Below are positions 47,258 through 57,343 of a DNA stretch of 64,000 nucleotides, one piece after another. How positions within the stretch are numbered: position 1 is the stretch's first letter; every line of letters begins with the position of its first letter. The notes under the pieces are model-generated. The model was not told the origin of the DNA. It made no database searches and saw only the letters and a list, made by a program, of their open reading frames with translations. Where the stretch lies: contig OZ252299.1 of assembly GCA_965250285.1 (NCBI GenBank), positions 3,936,001 through 4,000,000 on the forward strand. The letters run 5' to 3'. A program made the translations under genes and the position numbers. This stretch comes from Myxococcota bacterium (GTDB taxonomy: Bacteria; Myxococcota_A; UBA9160; UBA4427).

Positions 47258-47668
47258 ATGAAGATCGCCCAGGCCCCGACCCCCGAGCAGTTCAAGAAGC
47301 TGATGGAGGGGCCGGCCGACCAGCCCGTCGTCATGGTGAACCTGCTGAAGTTCAAGACGCAGGCAGACGGCGGCAATGAGGGCATGACGGGCGCCGAGTC
47401 GTACAACCTGTATGGCCAGAAGATGCGCGCCTTCGTCGAGTCGAAGGGCGGGCGCTTCCTCTACATGGGCACGGCCGATTCGATGGTGCTGGGCGAGAGC
47501 GACGCCGATTGGGACGTCGTGGCGCTCGTCGAGTACCCCAGCCGCCAGGCCTTCGTCGAGATCGCGACGAGCCAGCACGTCGCCGAGATCGGCCAGGATC
47601 GAAGCAAGGGGCTCGAGGGTCAGTGGCTCATCGCAAGCACCCAGGTCGGCGGTCTGGGAATGGACTGA
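47258..47668 (+). CDS. DUF1330-type protein
   Basis: PVVMVNLLKF, GGRFLY.G, WDVVALVEYPSRQAF. GGAG RBS. Confidence 0.8.
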   Translation: MKIAQAPTPEQFKKLMEGPADQPVVMVNLLKFKTQADGGNEGMTGAESYNLYGQKMRAFVESKGGRFLYMGTADSMVLGESDADWDVVALVEYPSRQAFVEIATSQHVAEIGQDRSKGLEGQWLIASTQVGGLGMD

Positions 47669-47728
47669 CGGTCGTCGGCGTCGCGTGCCCGCCGAACGCG
47701 GGCGCGCGACGCCGAACGCCTCGAGGCG

Positions 47729-48787
47729 TCAGTACGCTTCGAATGGAACGACGACGGCGCGGCCTTCGATTTCGCCAGCATGCAGCGCGCGGTAGGCCTC
47801 GGCGCCGCGCTCGAGCGGGTACGTCGTCACCTTCGACTGCACGAGCCCCCGCGCCGCTAGGTCGAGCAGCTCGACCAGCTCGGGCCGCGCCCCCCAGTAC
47901 GTCGTCTGAATGCTCACTTCGTAGGGCACCGAGAAGAACGACACGGGCAAATGGCCGCCGCCGATGCCGACGATCGTGAGGTCGGCCATTTGCCGCGAGG
48001 CCAGCGCCGCCATGCCGAGCGTCGCATCGACGCCGACGAAGTCGAAGACGACGTCAGCGCCGCGCCCGCCCGTCGCCGCGCGAATCTCGAGCGCGGTCTG
48101 ATCGTTGCTCTCGAGCGCCAGGTCGGCGCCGTGCGCCAGGGCGATCTCGAGCGACGACGTCCGTTGATCGACGGCGATGATGCGCGCCGCGCTCGTCGCA
48201 GCCAGGATCTGCACGGCCATGTGCCCGAGCCCGCCCACGCCGATCACGACGGCCGTCGAGCCGGGCACGAGCTTCGGCAACGAGCGCCGAATCGCGTGAT
48301 ACGGGGTCAGCCCCGCATCGGTGAGCGGCGCCGCGTCAGCGGGCGAGAGGCCGTCGGGGAGCGGCACGAGCAGCCTCGGGTCGGGGACGAGCATGTACTC
48401 GGACATGCCGCCATCGAGACCGAGCCCTCCACCGCCTCCGGCGATCGGTGCCTCGACCAGATTCTCGCAGTACATCTCCATGCCCGGCGTGCAGCGCTGG
48501 CAGTGTCCGCAGCCCCATGGCCCATAGACGGCCACGGCCTGCCCGGGCTCGAACTGCGTCACGCCCTCACCCACGGCATCGACCCATCCCGCGTTCTCAT
48601 GGCCGAGGGTGAAGGGCAGGCTCCACGGCATCGAGCCCGGCTCGAAGTCGTGCATGATGTGCAGGTCGGAGTGGCACGCGCCGGCGCCGCCCACCTTGAT
48701 CACGACCTGGCCGGGCCCGGGCTCGGGCTTCTCGACCTCACGCAGCTCGGGTTCGGACTTCCACTCGAGGAGTCTCAGTGCCTGCAC
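47729..48787 (-). CDS. NAD(P)-dependent zinc alcohol dehydrogenase
   Basis: GACHSD, GHENAG, CGHCQRC...C, DAGLTPYH, GVGGLG. Confidence 0.92.
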   Translation of the reverse strand: MQALRLLEWKSEPELREVEKPEPGPGQVVIKVGGAGACHSDLHIMHDFEPGSMPWSLPFTLGHENAGWVDAVGEGVTQFEPGQAVAVYGPWGCGHCQRCTPGMEMYCENLVEAPIAGGGGGLGLDGGMSEYMLVPDPRLLVPLPDGLSPADAAPLTDAGLTPYHAIRRSLPKLVPGSTAVVIGVGGLGHMAVQILAATSAARIIAVDQRTSSLEIALAHGADLALESNDQTALEIRAATGGRGADVVFDFVGVDATLGMAALASRQMADLTIVGIGGGHLPVSFFSVPYEVSIQTTYWGARPELVELLDLAARGLVQSKVTTYPLERGAEAYRALHAGEIEGRAVVVPFEAY

Positions 48788-48835
48788 GCTGCTTCCTCCC
48801 GGCGATGACGGTGGAGGGACGATCCGTCGATGCCG

Positions 48836-49285
48836 CTAGCGAGGCGTCAGTCGGAACAGATACGCCTCGTCGACGTTCTCGTTCCGCGGACGCGTCCCGT
48901 ACTTCTGCTGGTAGGCGTCGCTGAAGCGATCGAACTCGGCCTGCTCGGTGACCCGGGCCGCCGAGAGCTCATAGAGGGCCGCCTCGGCCTGCAGCCGCAC
49001 GTTCGGATCACGCTCCATGTGCTCGATCCAGGTGGCCCGGTTCGCCCCCGCATGCACGTAGAGCGCGTCGTCGAGCGCCACGACCCAGATGTTGACCGAG
49101 TACGGCTCGGCCGGATGGGTCTCGAGCTGAATCGTCGAAATGTCGTCGGTGAACGCCCAGCCATCGGGCGTCGGCGCGACGTCGCCTTCGAGCGCACCGC
49201 CGGGCAGCAGCACCAGCGGGCCATCGCACGCCGAGAGGAGCAGGCCGAACGCGATCACGGCCGTCGCAGTGAGCGATCGATGCAT
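48836..49285 (-). CDS. Lipoprotein with DUF2255 / split-barrel-like domain
   Basis: Lipobox LLSA-C; LPGGALEG, YSVNIWVV, W......DPNVRL, YQQKY. Confidence 0.65.
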   Translation of the reverse strand: MHRSLTATAVIAFGLLLSACDGPLVLLPGGALEGDVAPTPDGWAFTDDISTIQLETHPAEPYSVNIWVVALDDALYVHAGANRATWIEHMERDPNVRLQAEAALYELSAARVTEQAEFDRFSDAYQQKYGTRPRNENVDEAYLFRLTPR

Positions 49286-49305
49286 CCGATTGGTCCTCCC
49301 CGGGC

Positions 49306-50079
49306 TCAGGCCCGACGCGGCGTCGAGCCGCTCTGGCTCGCCGTCGCCAGGAGTGTGCCCTGATCGCTGAAGATACTCATTTCGCCGTGGAAGAAGCCCC
49401 GGCCCAGGCCCTGAATGCGCGCGTCGAGCAGGCACCACTCGGCCGGCTGGGTGCGGCCGATCCGGAGCGTGTTGTCGAGGCTCGACGAGCCTCGCGTGAT
49501 GGGGATCGCACCCGGCAGGAAGTCGGCGAAGATCGCGAGGAGCCCGGCCGTCATCGGCTCGCCGGACGTCGCGCGCATCCACATCCGCGCATGTCCGGGG
49601 TGATCGGCGTCGTTGTCCTCGACGGTGCGCCGCTCGATGCGACTCATGAGGTCGCCCTGGTGGCCCCACTCGGGCTCGTAGCGCTCGCAGTCGGCCGGCG
49701 GGGGGACTTCGGGCATCGGCAGGTACTGCGCGTCTTCTTCGTCGCCCTTGTCACCGAGCGCGGCGTTCACGGTGAGGATCGCGCGGTGACCGACGCGGCT
49801 CGTCGCGCGGGCCTGCGTGACGCTTCTCCCCGTGACCGCGGCCTCGACGTCGATCTCGACCGTCTGACCACGCTGGGCGAACGACAGATACTGGGCCGTA
49901 GCCCAGACGAGCGGGCGACCCGTGGCGGCCTCGAGCGCCATGACGGCCGAACCCAGACCGACGCCTCCCATCATGAAGCTGCGTTCGGGCGGGCCGACGA
50001 GCAGCTCATCGGCGACGCCCAGCTCGAACCGGGTCGGCGTCGACGTGGCGGCGGGAGCGTAGAAGGGGCGGTCGGCCAT
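49306..50079 (-). CDS. Acyl-CoA thioesterase (double hot-dog, TesB-like)
   Basis: MGGVGLG, GRSVTQ, P.VPPP.DC, SLDNTLR, ATASQSG. Confidence 0.82.
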   Translation of the reverse strand: MADRPFYAPAATSTPTRFELGVADELLVGPPERSFMMGGVGLGSAVMALEAATGRPLVWATAQYLSFAQRGQTVEIDVEAAVTGRSVTQARATSRVGHRAILTVNAALGDKGDEEDAQYLPMPEVPPPADCERYEPEWGHQGDLMSRIERRTVEDNDADHPGHARMWMRATSGEPMTAGLLAIFADFLPGAIPITRGSSSLDNTLRIGRTQPAEWCLLDARIQGLGRGFFHGEMSIFSDQGTLLATASQSGSTPRRA

Positions 50080-50083
50080 GCGC

Positions 50084-50839
50084 TCAGTCCGCGGCGTCGG
50101 GGGGCGACCCGGCGCTGGCCTCGAGCTCACCGAAGTCGTGCTCGAGGATCGGCTGCACGACTTCGGTCCAGGCGGCGTAGCCCTTCGCGTTCAGGTGCAG
50201 GCCGTCGAGCATGAACACATCGTCCCGCGGCTCGCCCTCCTCGCCGAGCAGCGCGTTCGAGACGTCGATGTAGCGGAGCCGTTCGTCCCCGGCGGCGTAC
50301 GCCTCGATCATCTCGTTGGCGCGCTGCATCGTCGGCCACTGCGCCCAGCGCAGCTTCGACGGCTTGATCGACAAGAACGTCACGACGGCGTCGGGATGCT
50401 TCGCATGCACCCGATCGACGAAGGTGCGGTAGTCGTCGAGCACCACCTCGGGTGTCTTCGGCGAGCTGCGCTGCAGGTCGTTGTCGCCCGCGTACACCAC
50501 GACCATGCGCGGGTCGTAAGGCGTCACGACGCGATCGACATTGTGCACGAGGTGATTCATCTGCGCGCCGCCGAAGCCTCGGTTCAGGACCGGGAGGCCC
50601 GCCATGTCGTCTTCGAGGCTCGACCAGAAGCGGATGCTCGAGCTACCGACGAAGACGATGCCGCCGGGCCGGGGCGGCGCTTCGGCATCGCTCGCTTCGA
50701 AGGCGACGATGGCGTCCTCGAACCAGTCGTCGGCGAAGCTCTGCTTCGTGCGCTCGCTGAGCCACCACAGCCCGAGCGCCGCTGCGACAGCGACGAGGAC
50801 GACGAGCCCACCGAGGGCCATCCCGATCTTCTTCCACAT
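50084..50839 (-). CDS. GDSL/SGNH hydrolase, membrane-anchored
   Basis: N-terminal TM; FVGSSSI, NRGFGG, YAGDND, DGLH. Confidence 0.88.
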   Translation of the reverse strand: MWKKIGMALGGLVVLVAVAAALGLWWLSERTKQSFADDWFEDAIVAFEASDAEAPPRPGGIVFVGSSSIRFWSSLEDDMAGLPVLNRGFGGAQMNHLVHNVDRVVTPYDPRMVVVYAGDNDLQRSSPKTPEVVLDDYRTFVDRVHAKHPDAVVTFLSIKPSKLRWAQWPTMQRANEMIEAYAAGDERLRYIDVSNALLGEEGEPRDDVFMLDGLHLNAKGYAAWTEVVQPILEHDFGELEASAGSPPDAAD

Positions 50840-50977
50840 GGGCGTGCGCTCCTGACCGAGCCCGGTCGCTCCCGACAGGGGATCGCATCGTGCAGCGCGG
50901 GGCAAGCGCCGCGATGGCACTTTCGGTGCGCCTCGATACGCTTCGAAGGGCGCGACAGGTCGCGCCGGGAGGTCGAT

Positions 50978-51679
50978 GTGAGGCTCGTCTTCGTGCACGG
51001 CTCGGGCTGTACGGCTCACGTCTTCAAGTATCAGACGGAACGGTTCCCCGACGCCCTCGCGGTCACCCTGCCCGGCCACGGCGCAGGCGAGCATCTCGGT
51101 TCGGTCGAGGCGATGGCGACGTGGCTGCACGACGAGATCGAATCGGCGGGCGACGCGCGCCCCTTGATCGTCGGACACTCACTCGGCGGCGCCATCGCGC
51201 TGCAGTTCGCCCTCGATCACCCGGGCGCCGTCGCCGGTCTCTGCCTGATCGGGTCGGGGGCGAGGCTGCGCGTGGCCCCGACCACACTCGAAGCGCTCGA
51301 GACGTCGATCGACGAACCCACCGCCTACCACGCGATGATGACGGAGACCTGGCGCCGAACCGAGCCCGAGTTTGCGGGCGAGATGGAGGCCCGGGCAGCG
51401 GCGCTCGGCCCCGTCCCCTTTCTGAACGATCTGCGCGCGTGCGACGCATTCGATGTGATCGCGCGCCTCGACGAGATCGACGTGCCGGTGCTCGCGATCG
51501 TCGGCTCGGGCGACGTCATGACGCCACCGAAGTTCTCCGCGTTCCTGTGCGACCACATGCCCAACGCCAAGATGGAGGTCGTCGACGGAGGCACGCACTT
51601 CGTTTTCGCCGAGCTCCCCGAGCCGGTCAACGACGCGATCGCGCGCTTCGCCGCCGAGCTCGGCACCCCCCACTCGTAG
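50978..51679 (+). CDS. Alpha/beta fold hydrolase
   Basis: GGAGG RBS; FVHGSG, LPGHG, GHSLGG, GTH. Confidence 0.88.
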   Translation: MRLVFVHGSGCTAHVFKYQTERFPDALAVTLPGHGAGEHLGSVEAMATWLHDEIESAGDARPLIVGHSLGGAIALQFALDHPGAVAGLCLIGSGARLRVAPTTLEALETSIDEPTAYHAMMTETWRRTEPEFAGEMEARAAALGPVPFLNDLRACDAFDVIARLDEIDVPVLAIVGSGDVMTPPKFSAFLCDHMPNAKMEVVDGGTHFVFAELPEPVNDAIARFAAELGTPHS

Positions 51680-51699
51680 ACCCCAACAAGGAGAGCCCC

Positions 51700-52542
51700 A
51701 TGCTGCGATGGCAGATCGGTGACGTCCGCATCACGCGCGTTCAGGAGCTCGAAGCGCCCGGCCTCAGCTGGCTGCTGCCCGACGCGACGCCCGACAATCT
51801 CGCGACGATCCCGTGGATCGGCCCCTTCGTCGATGCCAACGGCAAAGGCGTCGCCAGCGTGCATGCGCTGATCGTCGAGGCGCCCGACTGCACGGTGGTC
51901 GTCGACACCTGCGTGGGCAACGACAAAGAGCGCTCGGTGCCTTTCTGGAGCGGGCTTCAGACACGCTTCCTCGATGACTTCGAAGCAGCCGGTCCCGGGG
52001 CCGCGGCCGTCGATGCGGTCGTCTGCACGCACCTCCACATCGATCATGTCGGCTGGAACACGCGCCTCGAAGGCGATCGCTGGGTGCCCACGTTCGAGAA
52101 CGCCCGCTATCTGGTCGGACGCACCGAGTGGGAGCACTGGAACAAGGAGGGCGACGACGACCAGCAGCAGATCCTGACCGATTCGGTCCGCCCGATCTTC
52201 GACGCCGATCAGGTCGACCTGGTCGAGAGCGATCACCGGATCTGCGACGAGGTGCGACTCGAACCGACGCCGGGCCACACGCCCGGCCATGTCTCGGTGC
52301 GGGTCGAGAGCGGCGGGGAGAGCGCCGTCATCACCGGCGATCTCATGCACCATCCCGGACAGATCGCGCACCCCGAGTGGTGTGCCGTGGTCGACAGCGA
52401 CGTCGAGCAGGCGCTCGATACGCGGCGCGGGTTCCTCGAGCGCTTCGCCGATACGCCGACGCTCGTCATCGGGACGCACTTCGCCGGCCCCACGGCGGGG
52501 CGGCTCGTGCGGGAAGGCGACGCCTACCGATTCGACTACTGA
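51700..52542 (+). CDS. MBL-fold metallo-hydrolase (AHL-lactonase-like)
   Basis: AAGGAG RBS; THLHIDHVG, PGHTPGH, GDLMH, THF. Confidence 0.9.
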   Translation: MLRWQIGDVRITRVQELEAPGLSWLLPDATPDNLATIPWIGPFVDANGKGVASVHALIVEAPDCTVVVDTCVGNDKERSVPFWSGLQTRFLDDFEAAGPGAAAVDAVVCTHLHIDHVGWNTRLEGDRWVPTFENARYLVGRTEWEHWNKEGDDDQQQILTDSVRPIFDADQVDLVESDHRICDEVRLEPTPGHTPGHVSVRVESGGESAVITGDLMHHPGQIAHPEWCAVVDSDVEQALDTRRGFLERFADTPTLVIGTHFAGPTAGRLVREGDAYRFDY

Positions 52543-52557
52543 GCGACGGGTGAGCGC

Positions 52558-53379
52558 TCAGCGCTCGGGCCAGGCGGCCTCCATCGCTTCGAGCTTCGAA
52601 GCCATACCGAGCTGGTCGACGGTCGATGCGCCATCGACGGCGAAGATCTGGCCGCTGACGTACGAGGCGGCGTCGCTGACCAGAAAGAGCACCGCCTGAG
52701 CCATCTCGGCGCGTGTGCCGTCGCGGCCCAGCGGCACCGTCGAGCCCTCGCTCCCGCCCACGGCCGCATCGAAGCGCGCCATCCCTTCGGTGTCCGCAAT
52801 CGGCCCCGGCATCACGCCGTTGACGCGGACGCCGTGGCGCCCCCATTCGACGGCGCACGTGCGGGTGAGCGAATCGACACCGGCCTTCGCGGCGGCGACG
52901 TGGGCCTGCAGCGCAGCCCCCTTGCCCTCGAAGGGCGCCGAGATGTTGACGATGTTGCCGCCGTGGTCACGCAGCCAGGCCTCGTGCGCGAGCTTCGAGC
53001 AGTTGTACGTCCCGAGCAGATCGATGTCGACGATCGTCTTGAACCCGTTCGGCGAGATGCGGCCGAGGGGCGCGGGGAAGTTACCGGCCGCGTTGTTCAC
53101 GAGAATGTCGATGCGCGCCCAGCGATCGAGCACCGCGGTGATCATGCCGCGCACCTGCTCGACGTCACGGATGTCGCAAGGGACGTGGAAGACGTCGAGA
53201 CCTTCCGCTGCGAGTTCGGCCGTGGCCCGTTCGAGATTCTCGACCTTGCGACTGCAGATGCAGACCCGAGCACCGTGCGCGCCGAGGGTGCGCGCGATCT
53301 CGAAGCCGATGCCGGTCGCCCCTCCCGTTACGATCGCCACCTGATCACTCAAGATGTCGTCTCGAAACACGCTCGCCAT
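52558..53379 (-). CDS. SDR, 2,4-dienoyl-CoA-reductase-like
   Basis: TGGATGIG, NNAAGNF, S.NGFKTIVDIDL.G, HVAAAKAG. Confidence 0.88.
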   Translation of the reverse strand: MASVFRDDILSDQVAIVTGGATGIGFEIARTLGAHGARVCICSRKVENLERATAELAAEGLDVFHVPCDIRDVEQVRGMITAVLDRWARIDILVNNAAGNFPAPLGRISPNGFKTIVDIDLLGTYNCSKLAHEAWLRDHGGNIVNISAPFEGKGAALQAHVAAAKAGVDSLTRTCAVEWGRHGVRVNGVMPGPIADTEGMARFDAAVGGSEGSTVPLGRDGTRAEMAQAVLFLVSDAASYVSGQIFAVDGASTVDQLGMASKLEAMEAAWPER

Positions 53380-53543
53380 ACGGCCTCCCCTTCGAAGAGG
53401 CCACGCTAGCGCAGCAGCTTCCGTCGGCGGGCGTCGCGTGGCTGGGGCAGGAAGCCACCCTGGGCCGGCGCGAGGTGTGCCAACGTTGTCGACGCAGGCG
53501 ACGCCAGGCGATGCGCGTCGTACACGAAGGAGGACGAACGACC

Positions 53544-54767
53544 ATGACCGACGTCATGACTGGGATCCGCATTCTCGAGGTGGCCGAGCACACCTTCGTC
53601 CCCGCAGCGTCGGCGATCCTCTCGGATTGGGGCGCCGAAGTCATCAAGGTCGAGCACGCCGAGCGCGGCGATGCGATGCGCGGGCTCGCGAGTACGGGCA
53701 CCGTGTCGTTCGGCGGCGGCGTCCACGTGCTGAACGAGCACTCGAACCGCGGCAAGCGTTCGATCGGCGTCGACCTGACCCAGCCGGAGGGTCGAGAGGT
53801 GCTCTACCGGCTGGTCGCGACGAGTGATGTGTTCCTGACCAACAAGCTCCCGGGTGTGCTCACGAAGCTGGGCCTCGAAGTCGACGACCTGCGCGCACAC
53901 AACCCGAAGCTCATCTACGTCCGCGGCACCTCGTTTGGCGCCCGGGGCCCCGAGGCCAACCGCGGCGGTTACGACATGACGGCCTTCTGGTGTCGCGCGG
54001 GCAACGCGGCAAGCGTGACGCCCGCGGCGCTCGGGGGTGTGCTCGCTCAACCCGGCCCCGCCTGGGGCGACTCGATGGGCGGCATGACGATCGCAGGCGG
54101 CATCTGTGGCGCGCTGTTGAAGCGCGAGCGGACGGGGGAGCCCTCGATCGTCGACGTGTCGCTGCTCGCAGCGGGCGGCTGGGCGCTCTCGGGCGCGATC
54201 GCGCTGTCGATGCAGACCGGCAACCCGTGGGCCAACGCCATGCCCGGCGGACGGCTCCCGATCCCGAACCCGCTCGTCGGCATGCACCGCACGGCCGACG
54301 AGCGATTCATCAGCCTGGTGATGCTCCAGGCCGACAAGTACTGGGCCGATTTCTGCGAGCACATCGGTCGCCCTGACCTCGTGACCGACGACCGCTTCGA
54401 TACGGCCGAGAAGCTCGCGGCGAACGCGGGCGACGCCTACGAGATCATCTCGGAGGTCATTGCGACGAAGACGCTGACCGAATGGTCCGAGCGGTTCCAG
54501 ACGCTCGAGGGCCAATGGGCGCCCGTGCAGAACACACTCGAATACGCACAGGATCCCCAGGTCATCGCGAACGGCTACGTCGCGCGCGCCGCGACGAGCG
54601 AGGGCGTCGAGTTCGACCTGGTCGCGTCACCGGTGCAGTTCGATGAGCAGCCCACGGGCACGCGGCGCGCGCCCGACTTCAACGAGCACGGCGACGCCAT
54701 TCTGGCCGAGCTCGGGCTCGACGAAGAGACGGTGCTCGATCTCAAGATGAAGGGCGCCGTGACGTGA
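53544..54767 (+). CDS. CaiB/BaiF family III CoA-transferase
   Basis: AAGGAGG RBS; GIRILEV, LSDWGAEV, NRGKRS, AWGDS. Confidence 0.9.
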   Translation: MTDVMTGIRILEVAEHTFVPAASAILSDWGAEVIKVEHAERGDAMRGLASTGTVSFGGGVHVLNEHSNRGKRSIGVDLTQPEGREVLYRLVATSDVFLTNKLPGVLTKLGLEVDDLRAHNPKLIYVRGTSFGARGPEANRGGYDMTAFWCRAGNAASVTPAALGGVLAQPGPAWGDSMGGMTIAGGICGALLKRERTGEPSIVDVSLLAAGGWALSGAIALSMQTGNPWANAMPGGRLPIPNPLVGMHRTADERFISLVMLQADKYWADFCEHIGRPDLVTDDRFDTAEKLAANAGDAYEIISEVIATKTLTEWSERFQTLEGQWAPVQNTLEYAQDPQVIANGYVARAATSEGVEFDLVASPVQFDEQPTGTRRAPDFNEHGDAILAELGLDEETVLDLKMKGAVT

Positions 54768-54805
54768 ATCGCGGCGACGACGTGGGAGCACAGAGCAGCC
54801 GACGT

Positions 54806-55570
54806 TCAGTGATTCCACCAGGCGAGGTCGGTGAACGAACGAAGATCGAGCTCGTGCGTCCAGGTCGACCGGTGCTGCTGCGATACGTGGTAGTAGGTCT
54901 CGGCGATCTTCTCGGGCACCAGCAGGCCGTCGTGCTCGCGGCCCCGCGTCGCGCGCAGCTGCTCGAAGCCCTCGGGGCCGAGCATCTTGCCGAGGGTGTC
55001 GGGCGCATCGACCGCGCCGTCGATCAGGAAGTGCGCGACGTGAATGCCCTTCGACGACAGCTCGGCGTTGAGTGACTGGCAGAGCATCCGGCGACCGCCC
55101 ATCGCTGCGGCATGCGAATGCTGCCCTGCATTGCCTCGCACGGCGGCCGTCGCCGAGGTCACCAGGAACGTGCCGTGGCCTCGCTCGAGCATGTGGGGCA
55201 CGACAGCGGTCGCGGTCCGAAACAGCGCGAACGTCGCGAGCCGCCACCCCATCTCGAACGCCTTGTACGTGGTGTCGGCCAGGTCTCGGTTGCCGATCTG
55301 CGCGCCGAGGTTGAACACGACGACCTCGATCGGCCCGACCTCGGCCTCGACCTGAGCGATGCGATCCTCGATCGAATCGGGCTCGGCCGCATTCAGCAGA
55401 AAGCCAGTCGCCGAGTCGCCGGCTGCCGTGATCCCCTCGACGAGGCGATGCAGCCCCTCTTCGTCGCTCCGGCGACACAGCACGGCGTGGTAGCCCTCGC
55501 GAGCGAACTTCGTACCGACGGTGCCTCCGATGCCGGCACCTGCGCCGATGACGAGACAAACGGGCTTCAT
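54806..55570 (-). CDS. Short-chain dehydrogenase/reductase (atypical)
   Basis: IGAGAGIG, VTSATAAVRG, HVAHFLIDG, QHRSTWTHELDLR. Confidence 0.85.
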   Translation of the reverse strand: MKPVCLVIGAGAGIGGTVGTKFAREGYHAVLCRRSDEEGLHRLVEGITAAGDSATGFLLNAAEPDSIEDRIAQVEAEVGPIEVVVFNLGAQIGNRDLADTTYKAFEMGWRLATFALFRTATAVVPHMLERGHGTFLVTSATAAVRGNAGQHSHAAAMGGRRMLCQSLNAELSSKGIHVAHFLIDGAVDAPDTLGKMLGPEGFEQLRATRGREHDGLLVPEKIAETYYHVSQQHRSTWTHELDLRSFTDLAWWNH

Positions 55571-55757
55571 GGGTTGGACCTCCGATGGACGCGCCGTCAT
55601 GGTGGCGCATTCCGCGGCATCCGACTCGCCGGCCGCACGCCGGCCCACCTCGCCCGAACGACTCGGGTGCGGGCAGACGCCCCCTGCCGGCGCGATATTC
55701 GTCGCCTCCGCGCCCCGATCGTGGTAGTCAAGAGGAATCATCCCGGAGGCCGCACCC

Positions 55758-57320
55758 ATGCAGAACAACATCGGCTGCCTGCTCACGAAGCGAGCGAGCC
55801 TCAACCCCGATCTCGAGGCCGTCTTCGACGTCGCCACCGACCGACGATTCAGCTACGCCGAAGCCAACGCCCGCTGCAATCAGACGGCCAACGCGCTGCG
55901 CGCGCTCGGCGTCGCCAAGGGCGACCGCGTCGGCCTGCTGCTGATGAACAGCATGGAGTTCTTCGAGAGCTTTCTGGCCATCGCGAAGGCCGGCGGCATC
56001 TGCGTGCCGCTCAATTGGCGCCTCGTCCCCGACGAGCTCGAGTTCATCCTGAACGACAGCGGCACGACGACGCTGATCTTCGGCGACGAGTTCAAAGACG
56101 CAGTGGCCGACCTGCAATCGCGCCCGACGCTCTCTGGCCAGGGCGACGGCGCCACCACCATTGCGCACTATCTGCAGGTGGGCGGTGACCTCGCGCCCTT
56201 CGCACTCGACTACACCGACACGTGCGGCGCGGCCTCGACCGACGAGCCCGAGATCACCGCCAGCGACGACGACGAGCTCTACATCATGTACACGTCGGGC
56301 ACGACGGGGCTGCCGAAGGGGGTCGTCCACACCCACGCGACCTCGATCTGGGCGTGCGTCACGATGATCACGACGTGCGAGATCCGACACGGCGACCGAT
56401 ACATCGTCGCCCTGCCGCTCTTTCACGTTGGCGCGCTGTCACCGATGACGCTCAACGTGCACCGCGGCTGCACCAGCATCATCATGCGCGCGTTCGACCC
56501 GAGTCAGGTGTGGCACATCATCGAAGACGAGAAGGTCGACAACATGCTGGCAGTGCCAGCCATGCTGAACTTCATGCTCCAGGTGCCCGACCACGAACAG
56601 GTCGACTACTCGAAGCTCCGATGGATCATGAGCGGCGCGGCGCCCGTGCCCGTCGAGCTGATCAAGAAGTACGCCGAGATGGGCATCGACATCCACCAGG
56701 TCTACGGAATGACCGAGAGCTGCGGGCCTGCGTGCCTGACGAGCCCGGAGACGGCGATCACCAAGGCGGGCTCGACGGGCAAGGCGTTCTTCCACACCGA
56801 CGTGAAGGTCATGCGCGACGACGGCACCGAGGCCGACCCGGGCGAGCCCGGCGAGGTGTGGATCCGCGGGCCACACGTCATGAAGGAGTATTGGAACCGG
56901 CCCGACGCCACCGCCGAGACGCTGGTCGACGGCGGATGGCTTCGCTCGGGCGACGTGGCCACCGTCGACGACGAGGGCTTCGTCTACATCCAGGATCGCA
57001 AGAAGGACATGATCATCTCGGGCGGCGAGAACGTGTACCCGGCCGAGGTCGAGAACGTGATCTTGGCGCATCCGGGCGTCGCCGACGTCGCCGTCATCGG
57101 GCAACCGAGCACCAAGTGGGGCGAGTCGGGGTTCGCGGTCGTGGTGAAGGCCGACGATGGGCTCGCCGAGTCGGACGTGCTCGACCACTGCCAGGGCAAG
57201 CTCGCACGCTTCAAGCAGCCGAGAGGGGTCGCGTTCATCGAGACGATCCCGCGCAACCCGAGCGGCAAGGCGCTCAAGCGCATCCTGCGAGAGCAGTTTC
57301 CGGGGCCGGCGAGCGAGTAG
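55758..57320 (+). CDS. Long-chain fatty acid--CoA ligase (ANL superfamily)
   Basis: YTSGTTGLPKG, YGMTES, RSGD, DRKKDMIISGGENVYP, RNPSGK. Confidence 0.92.
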   Translation: MQNNIGCLLTKRASLNPDLEAVFDVATDRRFSYAEANARCNQTANALRALGVAKGDRVGLLLMNSMEFFESFLAIAKAGGICVPLNWRLVPDELEFILNDSGTTTLIFGDEFKDAVADLQSRPTLSGQGDGATTIAHYLQVGGDLAPFALDYTDTCGAASTDEPEITASDDDELYIMYTSGTTGLPKGVVHTHATSIWACVTMITTCEIRHGDRYIVALPLFHVGALSPMTLNVHRGCTSIIMRAFDPSQVWHIIEDEKVDNMLAVPAMLNFMLQVPDHEQVDYSKLRWIMSGAAPVPVELIKKYAEMGIDIHQVYGMTESCGPACLTSPETAITKAGSTGKAFFHTDVKVMRDDGTEADPGEPGEVWIRGPHVMKEYWNRPDATAETLVDGGWLRSGDVATVDDEGFVYIQDRKKDMIISGGENVYPAEVENVILAHPGVADVAVIGQPSTKWGESGFAVVVKADDGLAESDVLDHCQGKLARFKQPRGVAFIETIPRNPSGKALKRILREQFPGPASE

Positions 57321-57343
57321 CGCAGCGCGCGTGGGCGCGCGCT

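Noticed and set aside
50890..51699. N-terminal extensions on track ORFs (e.g. 50890-52542, 28852-30513, 57344-58795, 27241-28668) suggesting fusions
   Set aside because: The extensions overlap real upstream genes in another frame. Downstream starts with an RBS or stop/start overlap give normal-length proteins.
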